Origin: Candidatus Eiseniibacteriota bacterium
GTDB taxonomy: Bacteria; Eisenbacteria; RBG-16-71-46; CAZEPH01
DNA length: 64,000 bases
NCBI GenBank assembly: GCA_044229145.1
Contig: JBGATO010000009.1
Location: 1-64,000, forward strand
Direction of reading: 5' to 3'
A program made the translations under genes and the position numbers. Under the pieces are notes generated by a model. That model was not told the DNA's origin. It ran no database searches and saw only the letters and a program-made list of their open reading frames with translations. Every line of letters begins with the position of its first letter. Positions within the stretch are counted from its first letter, which is position 1. Shown in pieces: positions 39,468 through 50,891 of this stretch.

Positions 39468-42104
39468 ATGCGCGCCTCCACCCACGCATCCGCGCTGCTC
39501 GCCGCCTTCGTCGTCACCTCCGGCGGCCTCGCCCCCGCCGCGGCGCTGGCACCGGTGCCCGAAGCGACGGCCGCCCGCGTCGACCGCGGTCCGCACATCG
39601 ACGGCCGGCTCACCGATCCGGAATGGGCCGCCGCCACACCCATCACGCAATTCACGCAGAGCGATCCCACCGATGGCGCCCCGGCGAGCGAGCGGACAGA
39701 GGTTCGCGTGTTGCGCGACGGCGATGCGCTGTACATCGGCGCGCGGCTGTACGATCACGATCCCTCGAAGATCCTCACCAAGCTCTCGCGGCGCGACAAT
39801 TCGGTCAGCACCGACCGCTTCGAGGTGATGATCGACGGCTATCACAACCGGCTCACCGGCGCGCACTTTCGCGTCAATCCCGGCGGTGCGATCTACGACG
39901 GTTTGATCTCCGCGGCAGGCGGGGAAGATGCCTCGTGGGATCCTGTGTGGGACGCCGCCGCCCACGTGGACTCACTCGGCTGGTGTGCCGAGATGCGCAT
40001 TCCCTTCAGCCAACTGCGCTACACGCCGCAGTCGGGTGGCGATTGGGGCATCCAGATCGCCCGCGTCATCTTCCGGACCGGCGAAATCGATTGGTTCTCG
40101 CACACGCCGAAGAGCGAGACCGGCGGCGTGGCGCGGTACGGCGTGCTGCACGGCGTCGGCGATCTCCCGGCGACGCGCCGCTTGGAAGTGCGGCCGTACC
40201 TGCTCGCGCGCGATCAAGCATTGCACGACGCGGATCTGCGGCCGCTGCAGCCGCCGGCGCAGTCGCTGGAAGGCGGCCTCGACGCCAAGTACGGCCTCAC
40301 ATCGACGCTGACCCTCGACGCCACCTTCAATCCGGACTTTGGCCAAGTCGAAGTCGATCCGGCGTCGGTCAACCTCACGACGGCGGAGACGTTCTATCCC
40401 GAGAAGCGCGGCTTCTTCGTCGAAGGTGCGGACAACTTCGCGTTCGGCCGCTCACGGTCGATGAACAGTTTCGGCTTGCTGCGGGTGTTCCACTCGCGCC
40501 GCATCGGCCGGGCGCCGACGCGTGCATTGCGCGGCGTCGAAGACGTCGATGCGCCGGCGGAAGCCACCATCCTCGGCGCGGCGAAGGTCACCGGACGACT
40601 CGGGGGCGGCTGGACGCTCGGCGTCCTCGATGCCCTCACCGCACGCGAACGCGCCGACGTCATCTACGGCGGCGGCACCCGCGGGGTCGAAACCGTGGAG
40701 CCGTTCACGCACTACGGCATCGCCCGCGTCTCGCGCGAGATGCGCCACGGCGACACCGTGCTCGGCGGCCTGGTCACCGCGACGCAGCGCGCACTGCCCG
40801 AGCAAGCGCTCCGCGACCAATATCGTTCGAGCGCCTACTTGGCCGGCGTCGACCTCAACCACGCCTGGGCACGGCAGACGTGGGCGTTCGACGCGTCGGT
40901 CGTCGGGACCTGGCTCGAGGGTTCGCCGAATGCCATCGCGGCGGCGCAACGCTCGCCGCTGCGCTACTTCAATCGCGTCGACCACGAATCGTACGAACAC
41001 TACGATCCGACGCGCACGTCGCTCGCGGGCTTCGGCTGGGAGTCATCGTTGGCCAAGAACGGCGGCAAGCACTGGCTGGGCTCGATTTCGTTCGGCGGCA
41101 AGAGTCCGGGACTCGAGTTCAACGATCTCGGCTTCCACACGCAGGCCGACTACCACGCGGTGTCGCCGATCCTCATGTACCAGGAGAACACGCCGCACCG
41201 CGTGGTGCGCTCGTGGACTATCTATCCGTACACGAATTGGGTGTGGGACTTCGGCGGCAAGAAGATCTACGACGGCAACGCGGTGGGCGGGAACGCGACG
41301 CTCGCGAACTTCTGGAACGTATGGGGAAGCTACACCGACAACCGGCGTGCCTACGACAACCGCCTGACCCGCGGCGGTCCGGCGACGCTGCTGCCGCACA
41401 TCCACTCGTACGACATGGGCGTGAGCACCGATTCGCGCAAGACGTGGTCGATTTCGCCGAACTACTCGCACTCGGCGAATGACCTTGGGGGGTGGGGCAA
41501 CTCGACCGGACTCACCGCGTCGTTCCGGCCCTCGCCGACGTTGCGGTTCTCCTTCGAACCGTCGTACGACGAATCGCACAGCCTCTTCCAGTACGTGCAG
41601 AAGGTGGCGGACAGCGACGTTGCGTACGGGACGCGCTACATCGTGTCGGCGCTCGACCAGCGCACCCTCTCGCTGGTCACCCGGCTCGACGCCACGTTCA
41701 CGCCGCGCCTCAGCGTGCAGTTGTATCTCCAGCCGCTGGTGTCGACGGGCAAGTACTCCGAGTTCAAGGACCTCTACGATCCGCGGCATCTCGCGTACGC
41801 GATCTTCGGGCGCGATCGCGGCACCATCACGCGCCAGGAGAACGGCGACTACGTCGTCGATCCCGGCAATGGCACGACGTTCACGATCCCGAATCCCGAT
41901 TTCAATTTCCGCTCGCTGCTCGGCAACGCGGTCGTGCGTTGGGAGTATCGGCCGGGGTCGACGCTCTACGCGGTGTGGCAGCACACGCGGCAGGGGGCCG
42001 AGGGATACGGGGACTTCTCGTTCCACCGCGACTTCAGCGCGCTGGTGCACCAGCCGGCCGACAACGTGTTCGTGGTCAAGGCGACGTACTGGCTCGGCGT
42101 CTGA
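39468..42104 (+). CDS. DUF5916-like outer-membrane protein with N-terminal CBM9-like sugar-binding domain
   Basis: Signal peptide; IDG.L.DPEW, W.AEMRIPFSQLRY, LDATFNPDFGQVEVDP, EKRGFF.EG and SRRIG motifs; terminal beta-strand FVVKATYWLGV. Confidence 0.85.
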   Translation: MRASTHASALLAAFVVTSGGLAPAAALAPVPEATAARVDRGPHIDGRLTDPEWAAATPITQFTQSDPTDGAPASERTEVRVLRDGDALYIGARLYDHDPSKILTKLSRRDNSVSTDRFEVMIDGYHNRLTGAHFRVNPGGAIYDGLISAAGGEDASWDPVWDAAAHVDSLGWCAEMRIPFSQLRYTPQSGGDWGIQIARVIFRTGEIDWFSHTPKSETGGVARYGVLHGVGDLPATRRLEVRPYLLARDQALHDADLRPLQPPAQSLEGGLDAKYGLTSTLTLDATFNPDFGQVEVDPASVNLTTAETFYPEKRGFFVEGADNFAFGRSRSMNSFGLLRVFHSRRIGRAPTRALRGVEDVDAPAEATILGAAKVTGRLGGGWTLGVLDALTARERADVIYGGGTRGVETVEPFTHYGIARVSREMRHGDTVLGGLVTATQRALPEQALRDQYRSSAYLAGVDLNHAWARQTWAFDASVVGTWLEGSPNAIAAAQRSPLRYFNRVDHESYEHYDPTRTSLAGFGWESSLAKNGGKHWLGSISFGGKSPGLEFNDLGFHTQADYHAVSPILMYQENTPHRVVRSWTIYPYTNWVWDFGGKKIYDGNAVGGNATLANFWNVWGSYTDNRRAYDNRLTRGGPATLLPHIHSYDMGVSTDSRKTWSISPNYSHSANDLGGWGNSTGLTASFRPSPTLRFSFEPSYDESHSLFQYVQKVADSDVAYGTRYIVSALDQRTLSLVTRLDATFTPRLSVQLYLQPLVSTGKYSEFKDLYDPRHLAYAIFGRDRGTITRQENGDYVVDPGNGTTFTIPNPDFNFRSLLGNAVVRWEYRPGSTLYAVWQHTRQGAEGYGDFSFHRDFSALVHQPADNVFVVKATYWLGV

Positions 42105-42127
42105 GGCGGCCGTGAAGGGGTGTGCCG

Positions 42128-42161
42128 AAGCCCGGGACGCCGCACGGTGTCCCGGGCTTTT
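42128..42161 (+). terminator. Rho-independent terminator
   Basis: AAGCCCGGGACGCCG...CGGTGTCCCGGGCTT followed by TT. Confidence 0.75.
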
Positions 42162-42176
42162 CCGCGCCGCGGTGCC

Positions 42177-42692
42177 CTAGAATCCGATGCCCACCGCGAC
42201 GTAGTCGAACACGTACTTGCTCGGCGCCGTCCACCGCGTCTCGAGGAACGGCCGCGCGCCCTCGATCGACGGGCCACGCACGCCGGCCCAGAAGTGCCCC
42301 TTCACGCTGCTCTCGGTGCCGCTCAGCGTGCCGATGCCCTCGATGGTGCGGCGGCTGCGGATCGCGTGTAGACCGGCACCCACCGCGACGAAGGGGCTCG
42401 CCACCGCCTTCGGGAATGCATAGTGCCGCAACATCACGTACGCGGCGAGCGAGGTGGAGTTCACGCCATCACGGGACGCGCCGTAGACCTCCACGGCGGC
42501 GGCGACGTTCTTGACCTGTGGCCCAAGCGGGAGCGGCGCTTCGGCGCGGCCGAACACCGCGCGATCGTAGAAGCCGCGCGGCCAGGCGCTGGCCACCCGC
42601 ACGACTTCGGCATGCGCCGGCGGCGTCAGCCACAGGGCGATCACTCCCGCCGCGGAGAGGACGCACGCGACACGACGAACGACTGCGAGCAT
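42177..42692 (-). CDS. Small outer-membrane beta-barrel-like protein
   Basis: AAAGGAGG RBS, signal peptide (PPAHA), amphipathic strands (SPFVAVGAGLH) and C-terminal YVAVGIGF with terminal Phe. Confidence 0.7.
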   Translation of the reverse strand: MLAVVRRVACVLSAAGVIALWLTPPAHAEVVRVASAWPRGFYDRAVFGRAEAPLPLGPQVKNVAAAVEVYGASRDGVNSTSLAAYVMLRHYAFPKAVASPFVAVGAGLHAIRSRRTIEGIGTLSGTESSVKGHFWAGVRGPSIEGARPFLETRWTAPSKYVFDYVAVGIGF

Positions 42693-42706
42693 CGAGCGTC
42701 CTCCTT

Positions 42707-43234
42707 TCATCGGAACAGGCTCACATCGCCATGGATGGTTTGGTTCGACATCTTGACGTAGATGCGGTAGTCGCCGCTCGGAGCCGGCGCGCCGGCATCG
42801 GTGTCGAGGTTCCACACCTCGGTGATGTAGCCCGGCGTTGCGCGCATGCCCTGGACGCGCCGCACGAGCTCGCCGTGCGCGTCGAGGATGGTCAGCGTCA
42901 TCTCGAGCGAATCGGCGCTGGCGGGCGCGAATGGCGAGTAGATGGTGAGCGTGATCGGCGAATTGCTGGCGACGTTCGCGTCGCCGCACATCAGCAGGGA
43001 CGTCGGCACGTCGCCCTTTCCGCCGCCGCAGTCGAGCGGCAGGCTCGAGGCCGCGGTGCGCTCGAACAGCGCCGGCGGGTCGAGGAGGTTGGAGTTCACG
43101 CATCCTGCCAGCGCCGCAGCCGCGACCATGCTGGCGCCGACCGCGGCCACCACGCGCAGTGGGCGACCAGACGCCGGGCTTTTCGCTTGCCCGGCCCGGA
43201 GGGAATTTCTAAGGTTGTCGGTCCGTCGGGACAT
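42707..43234 (-). CDS. Lipoprotein with FlgD-Ig-like domain
   Basis: AAGGAG RBS, lipobox LAGC and LTILDAHGELVRRV...EVWNLDTDAG...SGDYRIYV. Confidence 0.72.
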   Translation of the reverse strand: MSRRTDNLRNSLRAGQAKSPASGRPLRVVAAVGASMVAAAALAGCVNSNLLDPPALFERTAASSLPLDCGGGKGDVPTSLLMCGDANVASNSPITLTIYSPFAPASADSLEMTLTILDAHGELVRRVQGMRATPGYITEVWNLDTDAGAPAPSGDYRIYVKMSNQTIHGDVSLFR

Positions 43235-43447
43235 ACCGTCTCCTTGCCAATCAGCGGCCGAGTGGCACACGCGTGCATCCGGCGAGCGGAAGTGCGCCAG
43301 GAGCGGGGGTGGGCCAATATATAGAGAAGTACGGGCCGATCCGCTAGTCCTTCCGCGTGCGGCAGCCACGGCGGAGGTGCGGCACACCGGGCGGGGTGCC
43401 GATACCGGCACGGAAAGCTCGGATGGAACGGCCAGGAGGATGGGGCG

Positions 43448-44470
43448 ATGCGGGTTTTGGTGACCGGAGGCGCGGGCTACATCGGCAGCGTGGTGGTGGA
43501 GCAGCTGCTGGCGCGCGGCACCGATGTCGTGGTGGTGGACGATCTCTCGAAGGGCCATCCCGACGCGCTGCCCGCCGGGCTGCCGCTCCACATCGTCGAC
43601 ATCCGCGACGAAGCCGCGATGGTGCCGCTGCTCGACGGCTGCGACGGCGTGATTCACCTCGCCGCCGAGAGCTTGGTCGAAGAGTCGATGCGCGAGCCGG
43701 TGCGCTACTTCCAATCGAACGTCACCGCGACCACCGCGCTCTTGCAGGCGATGGGGAAGGCGGGCGTCGGCAAGATCGTGTTCTCGTCGACCGCCGCGAC
43801 GTATGGCCATCCGCTCTCCGTCCCGATCACCGAAGACCAAGCCGACCGCCCGGTGAATCCCTACGGCGAATCGAAGCTGGCCGCCGAGCGTTTGATCAAC
43901 TGGACCGCGCTCACCGGCGCGCTGTCGTACGTCACGTTGCGCTACTTCAACGCCAGCGGGGCCACCGAACGCTGCGGCGAAGACCACGCGCCGGAGTCGC
44001 ACCTGATTCCGATTTGTCTGAACGCCGCGATGCACGGCGGACCGCCGGTGAAGGTGTTCGGAACCGACTATCCCACCCCGGACGGCACGTGCGTGCGCGA
44101 CTACGTGCACGTGTCCGACATTGCCGCGGTGCACCTGTTGGCGCTCGACAAGATGCAGGCAGGCGATCGCATAACGGTGAACATCGGCTCCTGGACGGGG
44201 ACGTCGGTGCGCGAAATCGTCGACATCGTCCGGCGGGTGACCGGCCGCGAGTTGCCGAGCGTCGACGCACCGCGCCGCGATGGCGATCCCGCCGTGTTGG
44301 TGGCAGCCGGCGATCGCGCGCGCGACCTGCTCGGATTCCAGCCGCGCCACACCGACGTCGGCGCCATCGTCGAGTCGGCGTGGGCGTGGCTGGTCGCGCA
44401 CCCCGAGGGCTACGGCGATCGCGCGCGCGCCAAGGCGATGCGCGAGGCGCTGCGGATGTCGCGTGTCTGA
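43448..44470 (+). CDS. galE: UDP-glucose 4-epimerase
   Basis: VTGGAGYIGS, FSSTAATYG, NPYGESK, LRYFNA and DGTCVRDYVHV motifs. Confidence 0.96.
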   Translation: MRVLVTGGAGYIGSVVVEQLLARGTDVVVVDDLSKGHPDALPAGLPLHIVDIRDEAAMVPLLDGCDGVIHLAAESLVEESMREPVRYFQSNVTATTALLQAMGKAGVGKIVFSSTAATYGHPLSVPITEDQADRPVNPYGESKLAAERLINWTALTGALSYVTLRYFNASGATERCGEDHAPESHLIPICLNAAMHGGPPVKVFGTDYPTPDGTCVRDYVHVSDIAAVHLLALDKMQAGDRITVNIGSWTGTSVREIVDIVRRVTGRELPSVDAPRRDGDPAVLVAAGDRARDLLGFQPRHTDVGAIVESAWAWLVAHPEGYGDRARAKAMREALRMSRV

Positions 44471-45428
44471 GACCGTCGCCATCCCGCGTCTGCCGCGTGA
44501 GCGCGTCGCGGCGCTGGCCGCCGCGTGGGAGGCGACGCGTGTCGTGGTGCTCGGCGATGTGATGTCGGATCACTATCTGTGGGGCACCGTGCACCGCATG
44601 TCGCCCGAGGCGCCGGTGCCGGTCGTCGAAGTGGCCGCCGAGTCCACGCGGCCTGGCGGTGCCGCCAACGTCGCGCGCACGCTGCGGGCCCTCGGCGTGC
44701 GGGTGTCGCTCCTCGGCGTGGTGGGCGCGGACGCCGCCGCCGACGTGTTCCGCACCGAACTCGCCGCCGCCGGCGTGGACGCCGATGGGTTGATCGTCGA
44801 TCCCGGGCGCCCGACCACCGTGAAGAGCGCGCACGGTCTGGTGCTCAGCGACTACGCGAAGGGCGTGTTGAGCGGCGATGTGGTCACCGCCGCGATGCAG
44901 GCCGCCGCCGCGCGCGGCGTTCCCGTGTTCGTCGACCCGAAAGAGGCGCGGCTGCTGTTCGAGTTTCGCGGCGCCGAGATCGTCTCGCTCAACGAATCGC
45001 GCGCCGCGCAGGTTGGCGGCCGCCCGGTTACCGACGACTCGGTCGAGGAAATCGGCTGGGCGCTGCGCGAACGCATCGGCTGCCGCTGCCTCCTCATCAC
45101 GCGCGGGCCGCGCGGCCTGTGTTTGCTCGACGACGAAGGACGCGCGCGCCACATCGGCACCGTCGCGCGCAAAGTGTTCGACGTCACCGGTGCCGGCGAC
45201 ACCGTCGTCGCGACCGTCGCCGCCGTGCGCGCCGCCGGCGGCAGCGCGTACGAGGCCGCGGTCATGGCGAACCACGCGGCAGGCCTCGTCGTCGCCGAAG
45301 TTGGCACCGCCGCGCCGGCGCGCGACGCCCTGCTCGCCGCCTGCGCTCAGGGCGAACGCGCGCACGACGGCGCCGCCGCCGAGCAGGGCGCGCTCGCTGA
45401 CTACTTCCGCAAGGTGCAGTCGTCGTGA
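44463..45428 (+). CDS. rfaE1: D-glycero-D-manno-heptose-7-phosphate kinase (HldE kinase domain) with apparent internal in-frame deletion
   Basis: GDVMSDHY..G...[29 protein letters not shown] and DVTGAGDTV motifs; the segment between TVK and LVLSDY is missing. Confidence 0.88.
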   Translation: MSETVAIPRLPRERVAALAAAWEATRVVVLGDVMSDHYLWGTVHRMSPEAPVPVVEVAAESTRPGGAANVARTLRALGVRVSLLGVVGADAAADVFRTELAAAGVDADGLIVDPGRPTTVKSAHGLVLSDYAKGVLSGDVVTAAMQAAAARGVPVFVDPKEARLLFEFRGAEIVSLNESRAAQVGGRPVTDDSVEEIGWALRERIGCRCLLITRGPRGLCLLDDEGRARHIGTVARKVFDVTGAGDTVVATVAAVRAAGGSAYEAAVMANHAAGLVVAEVGTAAPARDALLAACAQGERAHDGAAAEQGALADYFRKVQSS

Positions 45429-45895
45429 GCGGCTGCCACGCGCCGGTGCTGTCGCGGGACGCGGCCATCGCGTGGCGCGCCGCCGAACGCGCCGCCGGAC
45501 GTCGTGTTGCGTTCACCAACGGCTGCTTCGACCTATTGCACGTCGGACATCTCGCCGTGTTGGAGGCGGCCCGCGGCGCCGCCGATTCGCTCATCGTCGC
45601 GCTCAACACCGACGCGAGCGTGCGGCGCCTCAAGGGTCCGTCGCGCCCGATCATCGGCGAGGGCGACCGTGCGGCGATGATGTCGGCCATGCGCTGCGTC
45701 GACGCGGTGACCCTGTTCGACGAGGACACCCCGCGCGAGTTGATCGAGGCGCTGGTGCCGGACGTGCTCGTGAAGGGCGGCGACTACACGCCGGAGACGG
45801 TGGTGGGGCGGGAGACCGTCGAGGCCGCCGGAGGCCGCGTGCTCATCGTGGCGACGGTGCCGGGGCGGTCGACGACGGCGCTGCTCGACCGCTAG
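45425..45895 (+). CDS. rfaE2: D-glycero-beta-D-manno-heptose-1-phosphate adenylyltransferase
   Basis: [29 protein letters not shown] and STT motifs. Confidence 0.96.
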   Translation: MSGCHAPVLSRDAAIAWRAAERAAGRRVAFTNGCFDLLHVGHLAVLEAARGAADSLIVALNTDASVRRLKGPSRPIIGEGDRAAMMSAMRCVDAVTLFDEDTPRELIEALVPDVLVKGGDYTPETVVGRETVEAAGGRVLIVATVPGRSTTALLDR

Positions 45896-45949
45896 AAACA
45901 CCGCGTGGCCCTCGCCACCGCACCCTCTGCCGTCGCATAATCTCCCCCC

Positions 45950-47965
<2,016 letters not shown>

Positions 47966-48005
47966 CGGTCCGGCGGCCTCCACCTTTCGGAGGATACGCC
48001 GTGTG

Positions 48006-48034
48006 TTGACGGCCGCCCGGCAGGCTCCTACTCT
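48006..48034 (+). promoter_or_regulatory. Putative sigma70 promoter for the GTPase-like/sucCD/ndk operon
   Basis: TTGACG-N17-TACTCT. Confidence 0.6.
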
Positions 48035-48342
48035 GAGGTTGCGTGCGACGTCAGTCGCGTCGCACCTCCGCCGAGCGAAGGATCCGTACGCGAGTCATGC
48101 GATCCGTTCCCGTCCATCGCAAGTGGCGTCTCGGGCAAAACGTCTACGCGTTCCCGTGACGTGAACCGCCGGCCCGCTTCCACGCGGGCGCCGGTGCGGT
48201 GGCGTGTCCCTACCCGCCGCATCGCCCACCATGCGTTCCTCCCTCCATCATGATTCGCCGCATCGATCGCGCACGACCGTGCGCGGCTCCCCGAGGGAGC
48301 GGACGCCGACCAGGCGACGTACCTTTCGTGAGGAGCGAACCC

Positions 48343-49731
48343 ATGAAGCGCACGCGTGTCGTGATCCAAGGGGCCGGTGGCCGCGACTTCCACAACTTCA
48401 ACGTCCGGTACCGCGATCGCGAAGAGTTCGAGGTGGTGGCCTTCACCGCCGCCCAGATTCCCGACATCGACGACCGGACCTATCCGGCCGTGCTCGCCGG
48501 CTCTCTCTATAAGAAGGGCATCCCGATCCGGCCGGAGGCGGACCTCGCCCGGCTGATCGTCGGCGAAGGCATCGACCAAGTCGTGTTCTCGTACTCGGAC
48601 GTCCCGCACACCACGGTCATGCACCACGCGTCGATGGTGAACGCGCTCGGCGCCGACTTCGTGCTGATGGGCACCCGCGAGACGATGCTGCGCAGCAAGA
48701 AGCCGGTGGTGGCGATCTGTGCCGTGCGCACCGGTTCCGGCAAGAGCCAGACGACGCGCCGGGTGTGCGAGCTGCTCAAGGCCCGCGGCCTCAAAGTCGC
48801 GGCGATCCGTCACCCGATGCCCTACGGCGACCTCTCGAAGCAGATCGTCCAGCGCTTCGCCACCTACGCCGACCTCGACAAGCACCACTGCACGATCGAG
48901 GAGCGCGAGGAGTACGAGCCGCACATCGACACCGGCACGATCGTCTACGCCGGCGTCGACTACGGGAAGATCCTCGCCGCCGCCGAGGCGGAAGCCGACG
49001 TCATCGTGTGGGACGGCGGCAACAACGACACGCCGTTCTACTGGCCGGACCTCCACATCGTGGTGGCCGACCCGCACCGCGCCGGTCACGAAGTCACCTA
49101 TCATCCGGGCGAGACGAACATCCGCATGGCCGACGTCGTGGTGATCAACAAGGAGACCACGACCACCTACGCGAACATCGAGGCAGTGCGCCAATCGGTC
49201 TTCTCGCTGAACCCGCGGGCGCGAATCGTTGATGCAGCCAGCCCCATCTTCGTGGACAATGGCGACGCGCTGCGCCACAAGCGCGTGCTGGTGGTCGAAG
49301 ACGGACCGACGGTGACGCACGGCGAGATGGCGTACGGCGCCGGCTGGGTCGCCGCGCAGAAGTACGGCGCGGCCGAGATGATCGACCCGCGGCCGTTCGC
49401 GGTGGGCTCGATCGCCGCCGCGTACAAGAAGTACACGCACCTCGAGCGCGTCCTGCCGGCGCTCGGCTACGGCGACACGCAGGTCAAGGAGCTGGAGAAG
49501 ACGATCAACCGCTCCGACGCCGACGTCGTCGTGGTGGCGACGCCGATCGACATCCGGCGCGTCGCCAAGCTGACCAAGCCGGCGGTGCGCGTGCGCTACG
49601 AGCTCGCCGAGATCGGCGCGCCGACGCTGAACGACATGCTCGCCGAGATCTTCGACGAGGAGGCGACACCCTCCGCGAACGGCTCGGCGAAGAAGGCCAC
49701 GAAGACCACGTCCAAGAGGAGCCGTCGATGA
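48343..49731 (+). CDS. COG2403 P-loop protein (cyclic 2,3-diphosphoglycerate synthetase-like; probable arginine synthetase ArcE family)
   Basis: GAGGRDFHNFN, AFTAAQIPDI, AVRTGSGKSQ, RHPMPYG, EEREEYEPH, WDGGNND, EDGPT.THG and PALGY motifs; GAGGAG RBS. Confidence 0.85.
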   Translation: MKRTRVVIQGAGGRDFHNFNVRYRDREEFEVVAFTAAQIPDIDDRTYPAVLAGSLYKKGIPIRPEADLARLIVGEGIDQVVFSYSDVPHTTVMHHASMVNALGADFVLMGTRETMLRSKKPVVAICAVRTGSGKSQTTRRVCELLKARGLKVAAIRHPMPYGDLSKQIVQRFATYADLDKHHCTIEEREEYEPHIDTGTIVYAGVDYGKILAAAEAEADVIVWDGGNNDTPFYWPDLHIVVADPHRAGHEVTYHPGETNIRMADVVVINKETTTTYANIEAVRQSVFSLNPRARIVDAASPIFVDNGDALRHKRVLVVEDGPTVTHGEMAYGAGWVAAQKYGAAEMIDPRPFAVGSIAAAYKKYTHLERVLPALGYGDTQVKELEKTINRSDADVVVVATPIDIRRVAKLTKPAVRVRYELAEIGAPTLNDMLAEIFDEEATPSANGSAKKATKTTSKRSRR

Positions 49732-50891
49732 ATCTGTACGAGTTCCAAGCGCGCGAGCTGCTGCGGCAGGGGGGGATCCCGGTGCCGCGCGGCGAGGTCG
49801 CGCGTACCGCCGCGGAGGCGCGCGCCATCGCCGAGCGCACGCCCGGGCTCCTGGTCATCAAGGCGCAGGTGCACGCCGGCGGCCGCGGCAAGGCCGGCGG
49901 CGTGAAGCTGGCGCGCACGCCGGACGAGGCGCACACGCACGCGGCGAACATCCTGCAGCTCACCATCAAGGGACTGCCGGTACGCCAGGTGCTGGTCTCG
50001 AGCGCCGTCGACATCGCGCACGAGTACTATGTCTCGATCCTCATCGACCGCGCGGCGAAGGCGCCGATGCTGATGGCGAGCTCCGCCGGCGGCATGGACA
50101 TCGAGGAAGTCGCGGCGACGGCGCCGGAGAAGATCGTCAAGGTCGGTCTCTCCGCGGATCGCCCGATGACGCAGGCGGAGGCCGACGATGTCGCGGCGCG
50201 TCTCGGATTCACCGGACACGCGGCGCGGCAAGCCGCCGACATCTTCCGCAAACTCGAGACGGTGTTCTGGCAGAGCGACGCGTCGCTCGTCGAAGTGAAT
50301 CCGCTCGTCGTGTCGCCCGATCAGGCGGTGTGGGCGGTGGACGCAAAGATCTCGCTCGACGACAACGCGCTCTTCCGGCACAGTGATCTCGAATCGTTGC
50401 GCGACGAGTCGGCGGAGGATCCGCGTGAAGTTCAGGCGCGGCATGCCGATCTTTCTTTCGTCGGACTGCAAGGTGCGATAGGCTGTTGCGTGAATGGTGC
50501 AGGACTCGCGATGGCCACGATGGATCTCGTGAAGTACTTCGGCGGCGAACCGGCGAACTTTCTCGACATCGGCGGTTCGAGTAATCCGACGAAGGTCGTC
50601 AACGCGATGAAGATCCTCACCAGCGATCCCGATGTGCGCGCGGTGCTGATCAACATCTTCGGTGGCATCACGCGCTGCGACGATGTGGCGCGCGGAATCC
50701 TGACGGCGCTCGACGAACTGACGATCACGCTGCCGATCGTGATCCGCCTGACCGGGACGCGCGAAGCGGAGGCCAAGGAACTGCTCGAGAAGGAAGGCCG
50801 CGGACGCCTCATGTGGGCGTCGACGATGGACGAAGCCGTGCAGAAGGTCATCAAGGCTGCCGGCGGGACGGTCAAGGGGGTGCGCTCGTGA
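49728..50891 (+). CDS. sucC: Succinyl-CoA synthetase beta subunit
   Basis: [43 protein letters not shown] and [10 protein letters not shown] motifs. Confidence 0.98.
   Translation: MNLYEFQARELLRQGGIPVPRGEVARTAAEARAIAERTPGLLVIKAQVHAGGRGKAGGVKLARTPDEAHTHAANILQLTIKGLPVRQVLVSSAVDIAHEYYVSILIDRAAKAPMLMASSAGGMDIEEVAATAPEKIVKVGLSADRPMTQAEADDVAARLGFTGHAARQAADIFRKLETVFWQSDASLVEVNPLVVSPDQAVWAVDAKISLDDNALFRHSDLESLRDESAEDPREVQARHADLSFVGLQGAIGCCVNGAGLAMATMDLVKYFGGEPANFLDIGGSSNPTKVVNAMKILTSDPDVRAVLINIFGGITRCDDVARGILTALDELTITLPIVIRLTGTREAEAKELLEKEGRGRLMWASTMDEAVQKVIKAAGGTVKGVRS

Noticed and set aside
48125..48200. GGGCAAA suggesting a c-di-GMP-I riboswitch
   Set aside because: The GAAA tetraloop and receptor and the GCAAAG elements are absent.
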